Positions 23,641-33,915 of a stretch of DNA of 64,000 bases are shown one piece after another. The DNA lies in assembly GCF_006345805.1 (NCBI RefSeq), contig NC_043008.1, positions 50,716,001 to 50,780,000 of the forward strand, read 5' to 3'. A program made the translations under genes and the position numbers. This stretch comes from Octopus sinensis. Taxonomy: Eukaryota. The notes under the pieces were generated by a model. That model was not told the DNA's origin, did no database searches, and was given only the letters and a program-made list of their open reading frames with translations. Positions within the stretch are counted from its first letter, which is position 1, and every line of letters starts with the position of its first letter.

Positions 23641-23853
23641 ATGGTTAAGAGCGCGGGCTATTAACCCCAAGTTTCCGAGTTCGATTCCAGGCAGTGACCT
23701 GAATAATAATAATATCAAAAAATACCTTAGGAATGAGAACCCAGGGTCGAAATTTCCCCAATACATCTGATGAAGGCTGGAGGGTATATCAGCCGAAACA
23801 TTGTGTTAACAACAAACAAGATGAGGACAAATATCCGTCAAATGTAAATAATG
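23641..23853 (+). mobile_element. Family D SINE, copy 3, head-to-head with copy 2
   Basis: 5'-clipped tRNA head plus HHR at 23762-23807. Confidence 0.85.
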
Positions 23854-24139
23854 ACCATCTGCACCTTGCTGCAAGATTGTGGCCCACAACTTGGGACACA
23901 TTGGTGGGTCTACCATTTGTTCAGTGATACGTATTCAGTTGTTTGATCTGTTGAATGTCTAACTCATGAACCCTAATGAAATACACTGCCTTTGTTTCAA
24001 TAAATTTGTAAAATAATGGAATTAAGTAAAATATTCGAGTCATTATGGAACATAGATTTTCTAATTTTGGCACAAGGCCAAGAATTCCGAGGGTGAGGAT
24101 TACCCTTGTACTTTGGTACATTATGTTGTCAGGCCTTAA

Positions 24140-24360
24140 CCCTTTTGTTACGGTATTTATTTTGAGATGGTCTGTGTTTCTTTTAATTACTTTAGATATA
24201 ACAAAGAATTTAGTAAAATAACTTAGTTATCATTAAACTAGTGTTAGGAATATAAATTGTGACTAAGGTTTGGTGGTATATTCTAATGCAAAACTTATGA
24301 AAACAAGACATTTGTACTACAGAGCCAGAGCCGGTTTTGGCCAGGTTGGTAAAGAAAGGG
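24140..24360. mobile_element. piggyBac-like MITE, third copy (opposite orientation)
   Basis: TTAA CCCTTTTGTTAC...GGTAAAGAAAGGG TTAA; internal sequence is the reverse complement of copy 1. Confidence 0.88.
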
Positions 24361-26881
24361 TTAAAGGACAAAAGGTAAAGTTGAGCTTGGCTGGGATTGA
24401 ACTAAAAACCTAAAGAGTTGGAACAAATGTTGTTTAGTAATTCATCTGATAGAGTAACAATTCTGTCAGTTCACCCACCTTTGTTTGGAACAGGAATTAA
24501 CATGGACTTTTGGTGGAAGGTTTTAACTTAGATCAAGAAGTTTGGATTACAGAACCAAGGGTAGAGTGAGGCAGTTTGGTATGAAAAGGGTTGAATTTGT
24601 GTTTATATGATTTCTTTACTACCCACAAGGGGCTAAACACTGAGGGGACGAACAAGGATAGACAAACGGATTAAGACGGTTACATCGATCCCAGTGCGTA
24701 ACTGGTACTTAATTTATCGATCCCGAAAGGATGAAAGGCAAAGTCGACCTCGGCGGAATTTGAACTCAGAACGTAGCGGCAGATGAAATACCGCAAAACA
24801 TTTCGTCTGGTGTGCTAATGGTTCTGCCAGCTCGCTGCCTTTTATGTTTATATAATTATATAATTTATGTTTATATGATTTGTTTCAGTCATTGGATTGC
24901 AGCCCCTGTAGGGACAATTCCTTGAGTTTAGTCAACTAGATTGCCTTTAATACTTGTTTAAAGTCAGGTACTAATTCTTTCAACATTTTTTTCTTGTAAA
25001 TTAAGGTACAGAGACATAAACAAACCAACACTGGATATGAATATGTAGAGTTCACTAAACAGGACAATAACAAAAAATTTATATTCATTTGTTTGTTTAT
25101 CATACATTTTTTGAGCAAGGAATTCTTATTCCACAGGTCTTTTGAAATTGTCATGTGATCCGGCAGAGTGCCAACTCAGAACGTCAGCATCATCACTGTT
25201 TTGTTGAAGCAGTGACAAAACTAGAATCTCAACTTTTCACCTCCACCATTTTATACATATATATCATCATCATCATTTAGCATCCGTCTTCCATGCTAGC
25301 ATGGGTTGGACGGTTCGATCGGGGTCTGGGAAGTCAGGAGGCTGTACCAGGCTCCAGTCTGATCTGATATATATGTGTGTTTGTGTGAAGGTGTGTGGCT
25401 TAGTGGTTAGGGCATTTGACTCACAATTGTAAGTTCATGAGTTCAGTTCCTGACGACATGTGTCCTTAAGAAGGAAACTTTATTTCACGTTGCTCCACTC
25501 CACTCAGCTGGCAAAAGTGAGTTGTACTTGTATTGCAAAGGGCCGGCCTTGTCACACTGTGTCATGCTGAATCTCCCTGAGAACTATGTTGAGGGGATGT
25601 GTCTGTGGAGTGCTCAGCCACTTCATGTTAATTTCACGAGCAAGCTGTTCTGTTGAATGTAACAGCTGGGGTCCTTGTTGCAACCGATAGCGCTCCATAT
25701 ATATATATATATATATATATGTGATGGCGCATGGCTCAGTGGTTAGAGTGTTGAGCTTACGATCGTGAGGTTGTGAGTTCGAATCCCAGACTGAGCTGCA
25801 TGTTGTATTCTTAAGCAAGACACTTTATTTCACGTTGCTCCAGTTCACTCAGCTGTAGAAATGAGTTGTGACATCACTGGTGCCAAGCTGTATCGGCCCC
25901 TTTGCCTTTCCTTTGGATTACACTGGTAGCGTGGAGAGGGGAGGCTGGTATGCATGGGTGACTGCTGGTCTTCCATAAACAACCTTGCCTGGACTTGTGT
26001 CTAGGAGGGTAACTTACTAGGTGCAATCCCATGACCAGTCATGACTGAAGGGGCTCTCAGCATATATATGTGTATAAATAGATAAAAATCATCATCCAAA
26101 ATCTGTTTTTCATGCTGGAATGGATGGTTTGACTGGATCTGGTAAGTCCAGAGGATGCACCATCTTCCTTTGTCAGCTTTGGTATGGTTCCTACAGCTGG
26201 ATGTCCTTCCTAACACCAACCACTTTACAGAGTGTACTGGGTGCTTTTTTACATGCTACCAGCACTGGTATCAATTCTGTTGTAGTGGACAGGGTGCTAA
26301 AATACACACACAAACTGACAGAGCAGTTGCCTCATCTTGTGAGATAACCATCTTGCATTATGATGGAGAGACATCTGAACATCACTGGATTTAAGTGACA
26401 AAAGCTTGTACAACACCTGCAGCTCACTCGGTTGCCACAATAGGTTCCAGTGACAAGAAAAGCAATATGACTAGTACTGTGACCTTTGTCAGCCCCATAG
26501 ATGGTGCCTTGAGAAGTATTGCTGTTCTGGGTCAGAATGGACCTAGGAGCTGTGGTATTAAGGGGTGACTCCATGCTCCCTACAATTCCAGAATTCCCAA
26601 ACTGGAGCCCTCACCACCAGATGCAGTTTAATGTGAGACCTAGGATACCAAATTCCCTCGAAACATTGATGGGCTTGGGGCTCTACTAGAAGACACTTGC
26701 CCATGATGTGCAGTGGGACTGAACCAAAAATTCTTGTTAAGAAAACAGCTTAGCCAACCATGAACAAAGCCTGTGGCTATATATATATATATATATATAA
26801 AATTGTTAAAGACGACAACAAATGTTAAGGCAAGACAAACATCTCAAGTCACAGACATTATTATTATTGGAAAAATTCAAA

Positions 26882-26937
26882 GTCTTACAGCTGTTTCTGG
26901 GATATCCCCGAGAATGTGATACTCCGTCATCAGAGAC
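26882..26937 (-). ncRNA. Type I hammerhead-like motif (Penelope-type, palindromic stem III)
   Basis: GUCU CUGAUGA c-GGAgUAUC...GAUAUCC-ca GAA ACAGCUGU A/ AGAC; the stem II junction is non-canonical. Confidence 0.55.
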
Positions 26938-27095
26938 AAATAGGGAAAATGAGAAGGGTCTAGATTAATGAAATGACATCATAGAGGACAGGAGGAGAGG
27001 AAGAAAGAAGCGAAGAAGCATGAAATTTCACAGGCAAGCTGTTCTGTTGATTGCATTAGCAGAGGCCCTTGCTGCTGTAACTGACAGAGCGCTCC

Positions 27096-27126
<31 letters not shown>

Positions 27127-27865
27127 CACATACATACATATATAAAATTAGATGATAGATAAAAATCATCACCCAAAATCTGTTTTTCATGCTATGCTAT
27201 GCCATGCTATGCTATGCTGTGCTGTGCTGAGCTATAAAGAGATAGAGAGAGGTATAGAGGGATAGAGATATAGCTAGATGCAAATATAGAGATAGATATA
27301 ACTATGAGGAAGATCAGACAGCTGTTGAGTTGTCCTCAGAAGCTGGTTATGATTTCATTGCGAGGTTTTTGGAAACGAAAGGGGAAAGGGCCAAAGTGGA
27401 ATCAAAAAATGAGGCCAGTAATAAAGAGGTTGAGTCAAGTGTGAAAACCCAACTAGACCAGTCCACAGAGAACTGTACTAGGGAACTAGGGAACAATGAA
27501 ACAAATGCTTAAAGTGACTTTAAACAAGCTCCCCCCAAAATGGTAGAATATGAAGATTAAGGAATTGAATATATGCTCAGCTCTTCCGAACACAACTTCT
27601 AAATGCAACATATTTTCAGAAACTCCTACTGCCACAACCACACAAATTCTACGAAGCATCGGTCAATTTTTATGGTACCATAAAAACTCTTTGTTAAAAG
27701 AGCAGTACAATGATATCGAACACGAAACCGTGTAGTCGTAAAACGAATCTCTTAACCAGACAGCCTTTCACGCAAAATCAATTTTTTTATCGCTTCTTCT
27801 TTTAAGGGACGTAACTCTAAAGACCCTAGTTGTTCCCCCTTCCTTTTAATTACCGAATAGTACCT

Positions 27866-27960
27866 GTTGCTGTTGGCAACTGTGACGAGACAAGGTGTTG
27901 TTTACACAATTCTGTTAACTCAGCAGCAACCGACTCGACTATTTTCGGAAGTAATTGAAT
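27866..27960 (+). promoter_or_regulatory. Candidate RFX X-box promoter and non-coding first exon of the CCDC63-like gene
   Basis: GTTGCT-GTT-GGCAAC (27866-27880) fits the X-box consensus; adjacent TGACG; locally CpG-richer unique sequence; strong donor AT|GTAAGT at 27961; plausible acceptor tacag at 33666 upstream of the ATG. Confidence 0.5.
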
Positions 27961-28015
27961 GTAAGTAGATGTTAAAAGAGATATTTGAGTAATTGCTCTT
28001 TTATTATTGTTGTTA

Positions 28016-28052
<37 letters not shown>

Positions 28053-28749
28053 CATTGTATTATTTCGGCCCTTGTGGCCAATAAAAGAAGGTATTATTGT
28101 TGTTGTTGTATAACCAGATTATCATGGCATCAGAGTCCCAAAATATAAACATTTACAGCAGAAAGGATGTCTGTGTCTTAGATACACTCTTCCTTCTTTT
28201 ACCCTTAAAAAATATAAAAAACAAAAAACAAAAACAAACAAGTAAACAAAACACAAAGCAAAAAATGACAGGAGGGTCACAGTTGGAACGGCTTTGATCA
28301 GTCGGCAGCTCAACTAAGGCTGCTCTTTTCACTCCCAAGCCCTTTTCTTTCTTTCATTTCTCCCTTCTAACTATCGACAGCATCAACAAATAGAGAAACG
28401 TCTACATGGTCAGCCTCCCAGTTAGAAACAGCAGCCAAATCTATCGTAAATCTCTCCTTGCAGTCTTAAAAAAGGGAAAAACGTAATAAATGTACTTCTA
28501 AATACTCCTGTTACATTAATTTCTGAAAAATTAAAACGCAAAAAGCTTAGGGTGGTCATGACAGGAATACTCCTGGTATGTATGTATGTCCTTTTTACTA
28601 TAGATATAAAGTCTGAAATTTTGGGGATGGGGATAAATCGATTACATAAACCCAACTGCGTAACTGGTACTTAATTTATCGATCCCGAAGGATAAAAAGC
28701 AAAGACGACCTCGGTGGAATTTGAACTCAGGCCGTAGCGGCTGACAGCT

Positions 28750-28875
28750 TATATATATGTATGTATGTATATGTATGTATATGTACAGTATGTATGTATG
28801 TATGTATGTATAAATATATATGCATATATATATGTATGTATAAATATATATGTATGTATATATATATATATATGC

Positions 28876-28956
<81 letters not shown>

Positions 28957-29584
28957 TATATATGCATATATATATATATGCATGTATATATATATGCATA
29001 TATATATATATATATGCATATATATATATATATATGCATATATATATGCATATATATATATATATGTATGTATATATATGCATATATATATATATATGTA
29101 TGTATATATATGTGTATGTATATGCATATATATATATATGTGTATGTATATGCATATATATATATGTATATGTATGTATATATATGTGTATGTATATGCA
29201 TATATATATATGTATATGTATGTATATATATATGTATATATATATATATGCATATATATATATGTATATGTATATATATATATGCATATATATATATATA
29301 TGTATATGTATGTATATATTGTATATATATATATATATATATGCATATATATATATATGTATATGTATGTATATATATGCATATATATATATATGTATAT
29401 GTATGTATATATATATGTATATGTATATATATATATGCATATATATATATATATGCATATATATATATGTATATGTATGTATAATAGTATATATATATAT
29501 ATGCATATATATAATATGTATATGTATGTATATATATGTATATTATATATATGCATATATATATGTATGTATATATATAATATG

Positions 29585-29615
<31 letters not shown>

Positions 29616-30448
29616 TATATATATATGCATATATATATTATATGTTATGTATGTATATATATGTGTATATATATGTATGTATATATATATATGTATATAT
29701 ATGCATATATATAGATATGTATATGTATGTATATTATGTGTATATATCAATATATATATAATGTGTATATATATGCATATATAATATATGTATATGTATG
29801 TTATATATGTGTATATATATATGCATATATGTATATGTATGTATATATAGTGTATATATATATGTATATGTATATATATGTGTATATATATTGCATATAT
29901 ATATTGTATGTATATATATATGTGTATATATATATGCATATATGTATATGTATGTATATGTATATATGGTGTGTAATATATGTATGTATATGTATATATA
30001 TATGTGTAGGTATGTATATAGATAGTATATATATGTATGTATATATGTATGTATATTATATATATATATGTATGTATATATATAATGTGTAATGTATATA
30101 TATATGTGTATGTATATATATATGTGTGTATATATATATGCATATATATATATATATATATGTGTGTGTATATATATATATGCATATATATATATGTATG
30201 TATATGTATATATATATGTGTATATATATATGTATATATATATATATATATGTGTGTGCATATATGCATGTATATATATGTATATGTATATGTGTGTGTG
30301 TATATATGCATGTATATATATGCATATATATATATATGTATATACATAAGTATATATACATATATGCATATATATAAGTATATATGTATATATATATATA
30401 TGCATATACACGTATATATATATATGTAGATACATATATACACGCATG

Positions 30449-30485
<37 letters not shown>

Positions 30486-30560
30486 TATATATATATATAT
30501 ATATGCACATATATCTACATATATATACATACATACATACGTACACACACACACATGCAT
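28750..30560. repeat. About 1.8-kb (TA)n/(TATG)n/(TGCA) microsatellite
   Basis: Directly visible; source of many spurious I/Y/H/M/C ORFs. Confidence 0.98.
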
Positions 30561-31779
30561 ATATTGTTGAATGCTCAAAATGAGGAGTAGATAGGCAGCC
30601 GACAACTGATGAAGGATCCTTTCTCTGTGTTTACTTGTTCTATTCTCTATTATTTCCTCGCTGTTTGCTGTTTGAACGGTTGGTGACGTCCTGTACCCAT
30701 ATATGCATGTATATATTTATATATATATAGATATGATTTACTATTTATTTAATTGAATGTCACGGATCCATTTCCAAGTAAGTTTTTCCTCATCCTTTTG
30801 ATGCGACTCTTTACTCTCTTCTGTTTTCTTCCTCCATCCTCTAATTCCCTTTTTCTCCCCTATGTCCTTCACCATTTTCTGTCTGTCTGTCTCTCCTCCG
30901 CTCTTTCCCTCTCCCTTCCTCTCTCTCTTCTCTCTCTCGTTGCTCACACGTGTCCATCGTCCATCTTTCTTTTCCTTCACGGACGTTCAAAAGAACGGGC
31001 GTTTTTTTCTCTCTCTTCTATCTTTTCTCTTTTCAAAAAATGTTTCTCCCAGCGTTCACCATTTTCCTCTCGTTCTGGTCTAACGACCCTCCATATTTGT
31101 TTTCGTTCGGTTTCCTCGTATGTCTCCACTGTCATGTTTTTGTTCCAGACTATGACCTTCCATAAATCCTAAATTTTATTTTATGATTTATGGAAGTAAC
31201 TGCCTTTGAAGACCGATATTGTCGTTGAATGCTCGAAATGAGGAGTAGACAGACAGCCGACAAGTGATGAGGGTCTTTTCTCTGTGTTTACTTGTCCTGT
31301 TCTACATTTTTTTCCTTCGTTGTTTACTATTTAAATCGTTTGCTTACTTATTCCATGTTGTTTGAACCATTGGTGACGTCCTGTTCCCACATATGCACGT
31401 ATATATATTATTTACTATTCATTATATATATATATTACTTATCTTATATTAAACTTTTTAATACTTTTTGATAGTTATATATATTTAAATTTATAAAAAA
31501 AATTTTTTAATTAAAAGTTTAAAAGTTTAAAAATTTTTGAATTTAAAATTAAAAAAATATATAAAAAATATAAAAATTTATAAATATAAATTAGAAATTT
31601 TAAATTTAAATAATTTAAAATTCAAATTTTATATTTTATATATTTTGTATATTATATTAATTATATTTATTTTTATGTATTGGTTTATGTTTTTCACTGT
31701 TTGATTTGCCTAATAATGGTTTTATCTCTAATATAATTTATATATATATATATTATATATATATATGCATACACACACA

Positions 31780-31830
<51 letters not shown>

Positions 31831-31834
31831 ATAT

Positions 31835-31915
<81 letters not shown>

Positions 31916-33147
31916 GTATATATGTGTATGCAGCCACATATAGTTATTGTATTGTTCCCGTAAAACTCTGGGGATTTTGCTTTTGTCTACGTGTAAACCT
32001 CTGACAATAATTCCCATGGCATCTCTTATTATTTAATTGTTGCAATCAACGTTAAACTGGTTCGTTGCTCTCGTTGTTGTTATTAAGGTCGTTCAGGTTG
32101 TTACAGGTGTAATATCGATCTGCGTAAGCATGTATTGGTCTATTATTTTCGATACGAGAAATAAAAGATACGATTTAGATATGCTTTTATGTAGATTCAA
32201 TTCGCTGGGGAGCTTAATTGATCGTCAGATATAGTACATTATTTAATTATGGTTAATAATTATGGCTTCTCAGTATACAAGATTTCTCCCCTCTCTCTCT
32301 CTCTCTCTTTCTCTCTCTCCCTCACATGCAGACAAACATGCATGCATAATACATACAGGCATACGTACATGCATGCTGTTGGTACTCCGTCGGTTGTGGC
32401 GACGAGTGTTCATGCTGATCCGATCAACAGAGCAGCCTGCTCGTGAAATTAATGTGCAGGTGGCTGATTACTCCGTAAATACGCGTACCTTTAATGTATT
32501 TCTCAGGGAGATTCAGTGTGACAAGGAATGTGACAAGGCTGGTCCTTTCAAATACAGGTGCTACTCATTTTTGCCAGCTGAGCGGACTGTGATAATGTGA
32601 AATGAAGTGCCTTGCTCAAGACATAACGCACCGGTGGGTATCGAACTCACGGTCTTAAGATCACGAGTCGAATATCCTCATCAGTAAGCCACACACTTTC
32701 ATACATGTATGTGTGTGTGTGTCATTGCTCAGTTTTATTTCAAGATTTCTTGCCAATAGAGAAAGAGCTGGTTTCTAACCTAGATCCAAGGCTCCTCCAT
32801 TGGAATTTCAACATCAACAACAAGGTATTGTTGTAAGCATGTATGTATGTATGTAATGTGTGTGTGTATGTATGTATGTATGTATGTATGTATGTATGTA
32901 TGTATGTATGTATGAATGTATCTATCTATATATCTATCTATTTATCTAGTTTATCTAGCTATATAAACATGCATACAATCATGCATGCATTATATACTTA
33001 TACCAAATCATAAATACATATATACACGCATATATGTATATGTGGACCTGAATATATATATAATATATATCTATATATATATATATATATATATATAGTA
33101 TATATATATTATAGTGTATATATATGTATATATACACTTTATTAAAA

Positions 33148-33292
33148 AGCAACAGAAATATAACAAAAAGCTGTTACTCAGAGTTTCACGTTCCCGTTCG
33201 TCCGACAGTTTTGTTTACATTCTAAAAAAAACTGTCCGACGAATGGGAACGTGAAACTCTGAGTAACACCTTTTTGTTATATTTTTGCTGCT
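33148..33292. repeat. Near-perfect inverted repeat; both arms carry an HHR-like motif
   Basis: Arms of about 60 bp; CTGT C(G/C)GACGA ACG-GGAA-CGT GAA ACTC-T-GAGT A ACA. Confidence 0.8.
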
Positions 33293-33397
33293 TATTAATA
33301 AAGCATATTACTCTACCTTTGGTATTCGAGTACTATTTTTTCCACCTCGTTTCGCATTTATGTGCTTACTCTGGTATATATATATATATGTGTGTGT

Positions 33398-33476
<79 letters not shown>

Positions 33477-33757
33477 CACACAGACACACACATACACACA
33501 AGCACACAGAGACAATATTTCATTTAATTTATTGTTTGGGCAATATCTAATATGTATGGAAATCGTTTGCATATTGTTTCAATATGTATTTATACTCTTT
33601 GTGAATCCCTTCATTCCACATTGCTTTTTTGTGGACATTCTTTTCTGAAAATTGTCTCATATACAGGATTACCATATTCCAAGATTACCAAATTGCTTAG
33701 AGATTATAAGATTACCAGACAACCAGATTACTAACCTGCCAGACTGCCGGACTAACA

Positions 33758-33915
33758 ATGCCACGCCTCATATCAGCTCGGTCTGACGTCACAGATTCAG
33801 AAATGGATAAAGAAGCTCTAAGAGAATTCAAAGAACTCAAAGAGCAATATTATTTAATGGAAAATGATCGAAATGACTCTACTGAGAAAACTCAGAAAAT
33901 TCTTCGAAAGTACAG
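33758..33915 (+). CDS. CCDC63: CCDC63-like coding exon 1, [17 protein letters not shown]...ILRKYR
   Basis: ATG in aacaATG context, gtaaga donor; resembles the MPR..SARSD N-terminus of the family. Confidence 0.8.

Noticed and set aside
26332-26574. Cys-containing 80-aa minus-strand ORF, possibly an RTE C-terminal zinc-finger remnant
   Set aside because: The similarity is too weak to call without a search.
28642-30605. Many long I/Y/H/M/C-rich ORFs on both strands (up to 618 aa)
   Set aside because: Translations of (TA)n/(TATG)n microsatellite.
30570-31395. Direct repeat pair (about 30570-30710 and 31215-31395; relative at 9385-9550) containing CTGATGAAGG
   Set aside because: It is a real dispersed repeat, but no GAAA half or stem I could be folded, so it is not called a ribozyme.
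31440-31700. Nearly pure A/T stretch with irregular homopolymers
   Set aside because: It looks like unpolished long-read consensus through an AT repeat; more likely an assembly artefact than biology.
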